Source: Octopus sinensis
Taxonomy: Eukaryota
Direction: 5' to 3'
DNA: 64,000 bases
Assembly (NCBI RefSeq): GCF_006345805.1
Contig: NC_043022.1
Span: forward strand, 20,274,001 to 20,338,000
Shown: positions 49,925 to 62,676 of the stretch, piece after piece
Layout of the letters: every line of letters begins with the position of its first letter
Numbering within the stretch: the stretch's first letter is position 1
The notes under the pieces: generated by a model
Seen by the model: only the letters and a program-made list of their open reading frames with translations
Database searches by the model: none
Told to the model about the DNA's origin: nothing
Position numbers and translations under genes: made by a program

Positions 49925-50285
49925 GGTGGCGAACTGGTAGAAACGTTAGCACACTGGGCGAAATGCTTAACAGTATTTCGTCTGCTGCTACGTTCTGAGT
50001 TCAAATTCTGCCGAGGTCGAATTTGCCTTTCATCCTTTCGGGGTCGATAAATTAAGTACCAGTTACGCACTGGGGTCGATATAATCGACTTAATTTGTTT
50101 GTCTGTCCTTGTTTGCCCTCTCTGTGTTCAAATTCCGTCGAGGTCGACTTTGCCTTTCATCCTTTCGGGGTCGATAAATTAAGTACCAGTTACACACTGG
50201 GGTCGATATAATCGACTTAATTTGTTTGTCTATCCTTGTTTGCCCTCTCTATGTTTAGCCCCTTGTGGGTAGTAAAGAAATAGGT
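49925..50285 (+). mobile_element. SINE family B with a 127-nt internal tandem duplication
   Basis: gaggtcga at 50013 and 50140. Confidence 0.85.
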
Positions 50286-50321
50286 ATTTCGCCTGTCTTT
50301 ACCCCCCACCCCTACTGTGTC

Positions 50322-50362
<41 letters not shown>

Positions 50363-50791
50363 TTCTATCTGTATTTCTATATTTCTGCATTCACATGCAT
50401 GGCATGAGTGTGTGTGTGAGTGAGTATTTGCCTTTATCACCATAAAGTCCAGTCCCCAAAAACAGGCCGAATGTCCAATAAGCCATGACAAACCATCAGC
50501 ATCCAAACGGCTGCACCAACTGAATCGTCTCATTCCATATTTTCAGGCCACCACTATGGCTCAATTTTTATATTCCATCCCTTTTCCTTGTGGCCACCAT
50601 ACTGACCCCAATCTCAGCCTTAAAATACTCCAACTATGCAGTCACTTCAACTGTTTTATTTAACAACTCATTGACATTATGTTCTTTCATGTTCTCTTAT
50701 TCTAGCAGAATAATTCTCAACTATTTTTATCTGTGGACCCCTTTTATTAGTATTTTATTCTGGTGGACCCCCATAGTCATTCAATGTTTAA

Positions 50792-51001
50792 CCTTTAGCA
50801 TTTAAACCGGCCATATCTGGACAAAACATTCTACCTGTTCTAACTGACCAGATTTGGCCTCTCACACTAACCCTACAATATCATTCTAAAAATTAAACAG
50901 TTACCTCTTCAAAAATCTCAAATCTAGAAGATAATGCGATTAATTCAAAACAATGAGAATAAATAAGCATTGCTTTCGACAGTAATGTAAATGCTAAAGG
51001 G
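50792..51001. mobile_element. piggyBac-type MITE nested in a hAT-type MITE (about 50706-51231)
   Basis: TTAA-cctttagcattta...taaatgctaaaggg-TTAA; the host ends in gttgagaagcactg. Confidence 0.8.
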
Positions 51002-51566
51002 TTAAAAATTTATTTTATAGATACTACTTTCAGAATTCCTGCCATTCACACATTTATTGGCGTAGGTTGAACCATGTGAAATGTTACAAAACCAAAAAAT
51101 GTTGCTTGCAATGGACACATTTATATCAAAACTTTAGATGGACATTTGAAATACTATTGTGGGTCCCTCATTTACTATTTCGTTAGCACAGACCCCCCGA
51201 AGGCCTTATGGATCCTTGTTGAGAAGCACTGCAGCATGTCTCTTTTATATCCATGCTGACACACTCTCTGTATTTCGTGAATCTACTGCTCTGTTACTCC
51301 CCTGTGTAAATCCAATGCTAACCAGGTTAAACATCATGGTTTTAGCTACAAATGTACTATATCTAATTCTTACTGGAGTCATAGGGCATGCGATAATCAT
51401 GCCTCATGACATCCTAAGTCCTTTGTATTTTAGCTTCTTTCTTTTATCAGCATGAACACTTGTATAGATAAGGAAATACAAGCTTATACACAAGCACACA
51501 GGTTTGGCAGTTGGAGTGACAAGGACTGTCTATTCAGCCTTAAGAATGACTGATGACTTGTATATA

Positions 51567-51597
<31 letters not shown>

Positions 51598-52226
51598 TAA
51601 AGTGAAGATGAGTTTCACATTGTCAACCTGTCTCTCTCACCTTCAATCCAGTGGTAAGACCAGGTCCAGATCACTGGAGATGGAGACAGATGCAGTGGAT
51701 GTCCTACTTACCCCCATCTTGTTCTCTGCCCTCCACAATGCAATCCTGCAGCTGCCGTTCCCTCTGTTTAACCATGAAGGTTTCTTCTGCAGTGTCTGCC
51801 AGATCCAGCCTTCACATTGCAGAGGTAGGCAAACCCTAATATACTAATTAACTTATAGCTGGTACCCTGACAGGTGCTATTACTCCAGATCCGGGTAGTC
51901 CTGAAGACCATAATGGCTAAGAAGTAATTCTACATTCCTCAAGACCCTGGAGTTCCCAAACCAGGACCTCACCACCGATGCAGTTTAAAGCCATCCCCAA
52001 ATACCCCCACACAATGGGCTGTTTTCCTTTCAGTTTCTGTTTACCCTGTTGCTGTCTGTAATGTAATCTCAACTCAACAATCAGTACGTTATTATGTTTT
52101 CAGTGTATCAACAAGGATACACAAGACTCAGACTTACATGCCATTACATCTCTTTGTATATAGGTGTTTGTGTGTAAATATATTCATAAACATATGTAAA
52201 TATATGTGCATGGTGTATGTATATGT

Positions 52227-52800
52227 ATCATCATTTTTGTCTATTTTTCCATGCTTGTACGGGTTATAAGTCCTTTTAGATACAGCTTCTTGCCATGTTC
52301 GTTTGTGTGAGTCCGCATCTTGAAATCAGCTTTCACCACTTCTACCCATGTCTGCTTTTGTTTCCCTTCTTCCCCTGCTGCCTTTCATTTGGCTTGCTTT
52401 TCACTTTTTTATCCAAATGTCATCTTCCACCAAATGCAGTTCTTCATGTCTGAAGATCGCATGGAAGAGCAGCCACCTGCTCTGGGAGTTGAGACTGTGA
52501 CTACCAGCATCATCCAGTACCTGTCATTTTCGTCTTTTCTCCATCACTGCAGGGCTCCTTTTTCCTGTCTTAGACTTGAAGAGCTGACCACAGTGACTGA
52601 GCTGTCATGCTTTACACCATCTGCAACAGTGCAGCTGCAATCATCTCTCTTGCACTCTACATCTGGTTCCATTTATACCCAATCACTCTCTCAGCTCACC
52701 TGTGCCTCATCACTTAAGTGCACTAACATTATGCATCCAGCACAGCATGCTTGCTTCATTTTTGTCCAACCATCATACAATCATGACACTTAGTGTCTCC
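52227..52800 (-). mobile_element. RTE-clade LINE 3' fragment with (GAT)n tail
   Basis: KNEASMLCWMHNVS, RCRVQER, RGKQKQTWVEVVKADF; 3' end aacccgtacaagcatggaaaaatagacaaaaatgatgat. Confidence 0.75.
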
Positions 52801-53027
52801 TTTTGCTTAAAGAGAGATCCCCTTTGTTACCATGGCAGAAGGAATTCCTCCCTGGATTTTTACCTACATGTTTTCATTCTGGCTGCTATTCTTTAGGAGC
52901 TCTTTCCTTCATTGCTAATTAGGTCACCTGGATAATAAAGTTATCAGCTGTATACGTACAAACGTGTGTGTGTGTATATATACTTATATGTATGTACATA
53001 CTCGTGTCTCCTTGTGTGTCCAGTATC

Positions 53028-53252
53028 TTTTTTATAGTTGGTTAGGAACAGTAAAGTTCCTGAATGCATATCTGACATTTCTAGACCTTCACAGTCTCAT
53101 TATCAGGAATTCAATTGAATGTATTCGACCAGTGTTGGAGAAAGAACACACACACCAAATAAATACAACTGTTCTTGATAATGTGGTTGTGGAGGTCAAG
53201 AAATGCTGCATATGGATTCAGGAACTCTGCTGTTCCAAACCAACTGTAAAAA
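53028..53252. repeat. Diverged inverted duplication (arms about 53028-53112 / 53170-53252)
   Basis: tttttatagttggttaggaacagtaaagttcctgaatgcatat... versus the reverse strand tttttacagttggtttggaacagcagagttcctgaatccatat... Confidence 0.85.
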
Positions 53253-53429
53253 GTTATGAAAATATGAAAAATATAAAATAAAAAAGAAAAAAAACTTACA
53301 ATTGTGATAATTGTGATTTACTGAAATATGTATGTATATATATTTGTATAACAAGTGTTGGCAGCAGAAAGAGCATCCTGGAGGAGCCTTGTCCAATCAA
53401 TGGGAAAGAGTTGATGTAAAAACAATATT

Positions 53430-53461
53430 AATGTAAATGTGTGTGTCTCTATATATGTGTA

Positions 53462-53515
<54 letters not shown>

Positions 53516-53556
53516 AATATATGTATATATATGCCTGCGCATGTATGTATGTATGT

Positions 53557-53623
<67 letters not shown>

Positions 53624-53784
53624 GTGTGTGTGTATATATATATATATGTGTGTGTGTATGTATATATACATACATACTCATATATTGATGACATATACTC
53701 ATATCCATGTGGATGCGTTCTCTCTATTTCTATGCTTGTTTATATGTAATACATGCCAGAGCCATCTCTCTCTCTCTCTCTCTA

Positions 53785-53849
<65 letters not shown>

Positions 53850-54302
53850 GTATATATTTTTGTTCATATCTGGCTTAATTTTTTTAATTTCTGTACATAG
53901 CTTTAAATGTCTGTACCCTAACCTTAACCCTATTGCTCTACAACCTGCCAAACATCGTAGAAGTAGTAGTGGTGGTGGTGGTGGTGTTGATGTGATTTTG
54001 ATAGATTTTTTTTTTGCATATGATTTGTTGTAAATAATCTCCGATCAGACTGAAGTTCTCTTACTGTAACAATATTTGATCGTTGTTGCCACAATGTTTG
54101 TGTTGTTGCTGTTGTTGTCCGTTGTGGGCTGTAGTGGTTGTTCCTTTGGTTCGTGTCCCTTTGCTGTGACAGTCTGAGCAAGCTGTGGCTTTCATCCTAC
54201 TGCTTATCTCTTTAGGCTGGCACCACACTGTTTTCTATGTAAGAAGATATATATTATGTTTGTATGTGTGCATTTATATATGCATATATATTATATATAT
54301 AT

Positions 54303-54335
<33 letters not shown>

Positions 54336-54547
54336 GATGGCGTGTATTATGCATATATGTATTATATATTGTGTATACATATATTATGTATACACACACA
54401 CATCTATATATATATATATATATATATGTATGCATGTATATATATATGTGTGTGTGTTTGTATGTATACATATGTATGTTTATGTATGTATATATATAAT
54501 ATATATGTATGTATGTGTGTTTATATGTATGTATATATATATGCATA

Positions 54548-54581
<34 letters not shown>

Positions 54582-54860
54582 ATATGTATGCATATGTATA
54601 TATATGTACATGTATATATATGTATGTGTATATATATGTATGTATATGTGTGTATATATCTGTATATGTGTATATATTTGTCTGTATAAGTGTGTTTATA
54701 TATATATATATGTATGTATGTATGAATATGCGTATATATGTATGTATATATATGTGTGTGTGTGTTACGTGTATGCATAATATATATATATATTATGCAT
54801 ATACATAATATTTGTACTTGTGTGTATAAACACCTCTCTCTCTCTCTCTCTCTCTCTCTC
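53430..54860. repeat. Large (TA)n/(TG)n/(CT)n microsatellite blocks around a unique island at about 53860-54240
   Basis: Direct reading. Confidence 0.9.
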
Positions 54861-55414
54861 ATGTGACTAACCCTACTCCCCCGTGACAATTTTCTCTCTC
54901 CACTGCTTTCCTCTGTCCTGCTGCTCCCTCCATCCCAACACTTCACCACCTGACCTGTTTCAACACACCCACTTACATTCATACATTCATACATACATGC
55001 ATACATACATTCATACATACATGCATACATACATATGTATAAATATATACATATGTATAAATATATATATGTATATATATATATATGAATGTATGTATAT
55101 AAAGAAAGAAAATACAAAGACTTTAATAAATGAAAATCAAATCACGACAATAAACAATTCTGTGTATAAAAAATAAATAAAGTGTCTAACCACTCCAAAA
55201 GGAAAAAAAACAAAGCAAAACATTTAAAAAAAAAATTTCAAAAATGAAAAAAATAACCAGACAAAAAATATATATGATGAATAAACATACTAAATTATAT
55301 ATAATGTATATAATAAGTAAAACAGCTTCTAATTAAAATTCATTAATCATATTGTTGTTATGTTGTTGTTTTTGCTGTTTTGTTTGTAATTTTGAGATTA
55401 AAAAAAAATTTTTT

Positions 55415-56660
55415 TGGCACTGAATCCCGAAGCACAAAATGTTATAAAATAACAGCATGTTAAAATATTGTATTGTAAAACCATTTTGGATAGGATAAGT
55501 CAAAGGTTGCGTGTGTGACACAAATTTGTATCTCCTGGAGACATGAGAGGTGGTCTACCATTGGACCAAAGTAACCCTTTGAATTACTCTGTTTTTATGT
55601 GTGAAAATTGTATGTTGTTGACATCAAAATAATTCATAAACTTTGAGATGACATGAAATGATTTTGTTTTGGAAATGAATCTCAAGGCACATATGAAGCT
55701 ATAAATAATGAGATCAAATTGTAGCACAAGGCCAGCAATTGTGGAGAATGGAGTAATCGATTACTCTATCCCAGTTTTCAACTTCTACTTATTTTCTTGA
55801 CCCCAAAAACATGAAAGGCAAAGCTAATCTCAGTGGAATTTAAAGTTATGAATTAATAGCATAAAAAATATTGGGTTGTAAAAAATATACCTGTGAGTCT
55901 TTTTATGCTACCAAAAACGGTAGATTTTAAAAAAAATTCTTTGACACAAAACATCAAAAGAAAATTATATGTATTCTGTTGGTGTCATAAGAAATTGTAA
56001 ACTTTTCAGTGAATGTAAAATAATTATTTGAAACTGAATCTCAAGCACAGAAAGCTATATGAAAAAAATGAGGTTAAAAATCCTGTTTAGATAGAGCCGA
56101 ATCTTGAAGCACATAAAAAGCGATAAGCATACAAAAACAACTGGGTTACAAAAACCCTTTTTGGATAGAGAAATTCGAAGGTTACCCAATGGACACAAAC
56201 TTGCACCTCCTGTAGACAGAGACAATCTATCATTGGACTAATGTAATCCTTCAAATTTATTCATCCATTTTTAGAAACTTTATTCTTACATGTGAGTATT
56301 GTAGATTGTTGACATCAAAATAATTTATAAATTTTCCAGAGAATGTGAAATAATTCTGTTTTCAGAACTGGATTTCAAAGCACATAAGGCTGTAAATAAT
56401 AGCATGTTTTAAAAATGAGGTTAAAAACTCCTTTTGGATAGAAATGACTGTCATTGAACCGGATCTTGAAGTATATAAAAAGCTGTAAATAAGAGCATAA
56501 AAAAAAAACATTAGGGCGAGAAATCCTTTTTGGTTAGAATCATTCAAAGGCTGCCTGTGTGACATGAACTCACATCTGTTGACATGAGAGACGATCTACC
56601 ATTTGAATCAAAGTAATCCTTCAAATTTGTAGAAACTTTATTTTTACCTGCAAAAATTTA
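55415..56660. repeat. Old tandem array of a roughly 350-370-bp unit (three diverged copies)
   Basis: ttggac.aa.gtaa.cct..aa.t at about 55560, 56232 and 56600; gttgacatcaaaataatt at about 55617 and 56306. Confidence 0.65.
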
Positions 56661-57449
56661 ATTGGTACTCATAACGAAAAAATGCCCTCATCTGAATTAT
56701 GGTATTAATTTTGACATACATACAAACAAGTTCAACTATACAACCACGCTTTCAGCCAAGAAACATTTAACAATGTTATTGTATTGAATAGTGAATGAAC
56801 TGAGTTGCAGCCGGAGCCGGTGTCACTGAACTAAGTGTCATTAGCCTACGTTAATTAGTGAATGAGTACATTCGGTATATTGAAATAGTTTGTGTTGTCT
56901 GGTCGCATGCATGTTATTTAGTTTTAGTTCTAGATTTTTCTTTGTTGCAAATGGAGAAAAAGCTAGTTTCTAGCATATATCTACACTGGGTCTGGAATGA
57001 AATTTGCTTAGGGGGTGCAAACCCAGGTTCAAAATTATTTACAAACAAGGTCTTTTTTTTGTTATTTTTGTGTTTTGTTCTTTGAGAAGGAACCTAACTT
57101 CAAGCTACTTTTTACACATCACTTTTTCTTTACCGTTTTCTAAACCCGAGGAAAATAAGTAGGGCTGCAAATTTTGGTTCTGCACTCCACAAAAATTCTA
57201 GGGGGTGCACTTGCACCACCTGCACTCCTTGTTCCCGGGCCCATGTATATCTAAGGTTCCTTCATTGGAATTTTAACAACACCAACAAGACAGATGCACG
57301 TGCGCGTGTATTTTGAGTCAGTGCATGTGCAAATTTGTATTTCGTTTAGAGTGTGTACTACTACATATAGTTGCATGTCTAGACAAGTGCATTTGTACTG
57401 TGTAATTCTCTCTCATACATAGATTCATACACATGTATACATACATATA

Positions 57450-57646
57450 TATTTCTTTACTACCCACAAGGGGCTAAACACAGAGGGGCCAAACAGGACA
57501 GACAAAGAGATTTAGTCGATTACATTGACCCCAGTGCGTAACTGGTACTTAATTAACGACCCCGAAAGGATGAAAGGCAAAGTCGACCACGAAATATGGC
57601 TACGCATTTCGCCCGGCGTGCTAACGTTTCTGCCAGCTCGCCGCCT
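57450..57646 (-). mobile_element. SINE family B
   Basis: Reverse match. Confidence 0.8.
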
Positions 57647-57801
57647 TATACATACATATATACATATATACATACATTCATGCATACATACATACATACA
57701 TAGGTACGTACGTATGTGTGTGTGTATGTAGACAAGCGCATCTGTACGTGTTCCTCACACATACATAGATATGCGCACACACACACATATATATATACAT
57801 A

Positions 57802-58520
57802 CAGGGTTTTGCAAAGAAACACAATTTTTACGAACCATAAAACTGGTTATAAATACTAAATAATTGTAGTAGACATATAATTTAATGTAACATTTATTAC
57901 AACGTAAACATTTAATACTCAATGTAACCACCCATTTAGGTAATTACTGCCCCCACACGAGGGCGGAATTTTTTTTTAAGCTGCCGCAACCTCCGCCATT
58001 TTGATTTTACGTGTCGCACATACGATGCAGATCTTCAGACTGTTGACAATCAAGTGCGGTGGAGCATTAGTCCTTGCTTGAAATACGCCCCATAAAAAGT
58101 AATCGAGAAGGCTGAGATCTGGGCCAGATGTTGGTCCACATAAAAAAATGGCACCTTCTCATCACGGAAGGCCTGTGTTGCTTTTGACCCATGGAATGGT
58201 GCAGAATCCTGGATAAGCACCACATTGTGAAACCCAGACTTCTGCTCCATCCAAGGCTCGGAAAGTTCTACAGGATGTCCAGATACTCCTTTGTGCCAAT
58301 CTTCAAACCAGACTGAATGAAGTGTGGATCCATGACACTTCCATCACTCGCCACGGCTCCAAATATCATTACAGAGGCAGGATTTTTAGTCTCAAACATA
58401 GTGAGGATGTCAGACGGGTTGCATGCAATATTGAACCTTTCAGGAGGTGTACCAGTGGACAAGTTCACCCCACTTTTTCAGGAATGGGGGACAAACCATC
58501 TTGTGTCCACATTACTTTTT
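57802..58520 (-). mobile_element. maT/DD37D-like Tc1-mariner transposase 3' relic
   Basis: ETKNPASVMIFGAVASDG, IQDSAPFH, WP..PDLSLLDYFLWG with deletions; terminus TA-CAGGGTTTTGC at 57800. Confidence 0.75.
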
Positions 58521-58573
58521 CCCAGTTAAAAAAACAAATCTCACTAACAAGTCATATATATGTACAATATATA

Positions 58574-58789
58574 GGGCGGCGAGCTGGCAGAAACGTTAGC
58601 ACGCCAGGCGAAATGTGTAGCCGTATTTCGTCTGCCGTTACATTCTGAGGTCAACTTTGCCTTTCATCCTTTCGGGGTCGATAAATTAAGTACCAGTTAC
58701 ACACTGGGGTCGATGTAATCGACTTAATCCGTTTGTCTGTTCTTGTTTGTCCCCTCTGTGTTTAGCCCCTTGTGGATAGTAAAGAAATA
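58574..58789 (+). mobile_element. SINE family B
   Basis: gggcggcgagctggcagaaacgttagc...gtagtaaagaaata-type tail. Confidence 0.85.
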
Positions 58790-59192
58790 TATATATGTAT
58801 AATACATATTTTTACATGCTTATTTACGTGCATATATTTATATGAATATACATAAACCCTAAGTTGCAAGTGGTATTGAATTTTGTTCGTTCAATATTTA
58901 CATCCATTTGCTAAAAAAACTCATCAATAATTTGAGTGAAAATTCTATAGCATTTTTATATATATTTGTCTCACTAAGTGAATATAAATAAATCAACAAT
59001 ACATTGTTTATCAAACTCATAATGGAAATGCAAATAATTTTATTTTTTACTCTTGAATTTCAGCTGCTTCTGTGTTTTTCATAGTATATAACATCCTCAA
59101 TTGTTAATGACTCAGAGAATATTTTCATTGATCACAACTTATAAAAACCATCACCTTTTCCAAGTGAGCTTTTTCTGCACACTATATATATA

Positions 59193-59583
59193 CAGGGGTT
59201 GGACAAAATAATGGAAACACCTAGCATCATAGCGTCATAATTTTGAAATATCTATAAAACTGTCAAAAGCTTTTTTATTTTTGTTTTTTGATTTATTATT
59301 TGTGTTGCTTAATATGTTTTGCTAAAATTGCTGTTTGTTTTCAGATATCATCAGAAAAAGGTAATTAAAATTCATTAAAACGACAGATCTGTTGGACTTT
59401 CAAAGAGTTCAAATTGTTGGTGCTCGTTTGGCCGGCACTAGCGTAACGAAAACAGCTGAAATGTTTGGTGTATCAAGAAGTACTATCTCGAAAGTAATGA
59501 CAGCCTTTGAAAAAGAGGGAAAAACCTCCTCGTCGAAACAAAACTCCGAAAGAAAACCAAAACTTTCAGCTAGGAACCGTCGG
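59193..59583 (+). mobile_element. Tc1 transposon 5' fragment with left TIR and HTH-coding start
   Basis: TA-caggggttggacaaaataatggaaa is the exact complement of the 14622-14646 TIR; DFQRVQIVGARLAGTSVTKTAEMFGVSRSTISKVM..RKPKL. Confidence 0.9.
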
Positions 59584-60059
59584 TAGAAGATTTCTCTAAA
59601 TTTTCTACTCTAAATATTTTCATATATATATAAAGCTGAAATGTAAAAAATTTGTTTGTCTCATTTTGAGATGGGAACGGTTTAAGGGCTGGTAGATGGG
59701 GTCGGATTGGCGCCAAAATTTACAGGGACATATAAAAAGAGGCGAGGAAGTGACTGGACTAGATTAGAAACCCTTATCTCAAAAGCTGTGGTTACTAGAG
59801 CAACAAAACCCAGAATTTGACAAGTGTTTGTTGTTTCTCTCTTTCGGATATCACCCTGGCTTCCTCGATCTCTCACTTTCCTTCCTTCCCTCCACATTCT
59901 CTCTATAACGACATTTGACAGCTTCGTCTCTCTGTCACTCTTTCTACCACAATCTCTCTCACTGTACATCTGTCTGTATCTACAGAGAGAAAGTGTTGAC
60001 AGCCACAGAAGTTTAAATATTCCCGCCACAGGTCTTATAGAACGGTGAATTATTATCGC

Positions 60060-60152
60060 CCACCCCACCTCCTGAAAGGCCCTTTATTACATACAACCCT
60101 TCTGGCGTCCTCACTATGCTTGAGACTAAAAATCCTGCCTCTGTAATGATAT
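60060..60152 (+). mobile_element. Short inverted fragment of the maT-like transposase
   Basis: LTMLETKNPASVMI, homologous to 58365-58460 in the opposite orientation. Confidence 0.7.
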
Positions 60153-60839
60153 TGTGGTTGGGAAGCAATATCCCTAACCTTACAGCCATGTCTGTTCTTA
60201 AAAACAAAAATAAAGTTGAATACAATAAAATATATAAATCTGTTTATTTCAGAAATTATTTTGTTTCTGGAAAACAAGAAATCACAGAAATGACTTTTGT
60301 TTCCAGTGTTAATATTCACAATATTCATTTATATTACATATTATATCTGTTTTATATTAAGGTTATACAATTTATAATTTTGTAATTTCGCGTTTTCTGA
60401 TATAAGGCACAAAATTGCTGGAGGAAAGAAAAAGTTAGTCTGATTTTATTGATATGTTATATCTTTTAACCCTGGGGGAATTAAAAAAGAAATTTGCCCT
60501 CAGTGAAATTTGAACACTGAATGTGAAATAAGATATTTAAATTTCCACAAGTTATTTTATCCCCTGATGAGCTACCAATTTGGCCATGCCAGCACCTTAA
60601 TTCCTTTGATGCCAACCCACTAGAGACTATCCCTACTCCTAGGATACAAATTCCGTTTTGAAGTGATCTAAATTAAAACTTTCCTATAAAATTCCAAATT
60701 TCAATAAATTTTTGATTGTTTTCAAAATTACCATCCCACCTTATATTTTTAAAGCGAATCACTGGGTGTTAATTTCAAGGAAATTTGACTGCTATTTTTT
60801 AGCATGTCCAGCAACCATGCACAAGCACTCTATATTTCA

Positions 60840-61018
60840 GAGCAGTGGTGGTGGTGGTGGTGGTGGTGGTCATGCTGGTGTTGTTGGTGGTGGTGGGGGT
60901 AAATTCAACGTCTCTCAAGTTTAAGCCAGATTCCATTCTTTGCAGAGAGAAGAGACTGATTGTTAAGGATAATTGGGTTCTGAAAGTAACAAAGAAAGAA
61001 AGAAACAGGGTAAAAGAC

Positions 61019-61054
<36 letters not shown>

Positions 61055-61250
61055 AGTAGTAGAAGTAGTAGCATTAGAAGTAGTAATAGAAGTAGTAGTA
61101 ATGGTGGTTGTGGTATTAATAGCAGTTGTAGTAGTAATGGTGGTGGAGGTTATGGGGGTGGTGTTGGTAGTAGTGGTAGTGGTGGTGGTGGTGGTGGTGG
61201 TAATAGTAATAGTATTACTGGTGGGAGTGGTAGCAAACAGCAGTAGTAGC
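60840..61250. repeat. (GGT/AGT)n trinucleotide tracts
   Basis: Direct reading. Confidence 0.9.
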
Positions 61251-61762
61251 AACTGTAGCAGATTATTTAATTATTTTAATCAATTAATTAATTATTTAAT
61301 TACCTCAGTTTTCTCAGTTGGTACAAATTTATATTTGGTGAGAATCTCAGCCATTGCAAATTTGATTTCCATCAATCCCAACCTCATGCCAATGCAAATC
61401 CTGGGTCCAGCGCCAAAGGGCAAGTAAGCAAACTTGGTATGTGTCTTCTGGGCCTCCTCTGAAAATCTGTGAAAAGAAATTCAACAGAGTGAGAGAAAAA
61501 AAAAATCATACATATAAATCATCATCATCATCACCAATATTGTCATTGTCACCATATTGTCTTCAAATTTTGGGGCAAGAACAGCAATTTTGGAGCAGGA
61601 GATAAGTTGATTGCACTGACCCCAGTGCGTAACTGGTACTTATTTTATTGACTCCCCAAAAGAATGAGAAGCAATGTTAACCTTGGTGGAATTTGAACAT
61701 GGAATGTAATGCCACTTAGCATCTTGTCTGGTGTGCTAATGATGCAGCAAGATCGATGCCTT

Positions 61763-61802
<40 letters not shown>

Positions 61803-61970
61803 GTGAAAACAACATCCATCCATGAATTTATTTTATTTATTTTTAAATACATATTTTGTCTGTGAATTTGCACATGTAATCTGGGAATGCATACAATGAG
61901 CATCTCTGTCCAAGGTGTATGGAAAACACTCGGCGAGAAACGGAAGAAAATTTGAAGAAAAAAACATAAC

Positions 61971-62006
<36 letters not shown>

Positions 62007-62007
<1 letters not shown>

Positions 62008-62569
62008 GAGAAATAAATAGAAGAGTGCCATACTTATCATGTGAAATTGGTTGAACGATATTTCAGCATCTAGCGTGCCTTCCACAGGTTAAAAAATTAT
62101 ACGTCAGTCTACTTCATTTTTTTTTGTTTAGATTATATAGGACTGAGAAATAAATAGAAAAGAGTGCCATAGTTATCATGTGAAACTGGTTATTCCTCTA
62201 TAACTTCTGGAGGAGTTACCTCAGTCCTATATAATCTTAACAAAAAAAAAAAAATGAAGAAGACTGATTTGTAATTTTTGAACCTGTGGAAGGCACGCTA
62301 GAAGCCGAAATATCGTTCAAACAATTTCACATGATAACTATGGCACTCTTTGGCACACTTCTATTTATTTCTCTATAATGTTGGTAGATGTAGTTCATCA
62401 CAATATGCAGCTGTAATGGAAGCAATCAACATTCCACCTTTGAACTTCTCTGCATTATGACTCTGAAATGCAACATCTTTTCTACCCTGATGATGGAGTC
62501 TTATCTTATCCAATGTTGATTGCTTCCATTATGGTTGCATATTGTGATAAACTACATCTACTAACATTA
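62007..62569. repeat. Two adjacent fold-back inverted repeats (62007-62147/62220-62374 and 62375-62433/62512-62569)
   Basis: Arms read as near-exact reverse complements. Confidence 0.9.
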
Positions 62570-62676
62570 TGATGGATCTCTGAACCCCCAGAAACAGCTG
62601 TTGGACTTACAACACCTTTCTTCGTCCCTTTTAATTTTCTCTGTCACTTAGACTCTGTGTAAGTTGGATCTCTTAG

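Noticed and set aside
51640-51830. Minus-strand exon candidate (DLADTAEETFMVKQRERQLQ, gtaagt donor)
   Set aside because: Weak acceptor, adjacent to repeat-derived sequence, and no recognisable homology.
59615-60046. Helitron-like non-autonomous element
   Set aside because: Only the 5' TC-ATATATATAAAGCTG start is suggestive; no 3' hairpin/CTRR end was identified.
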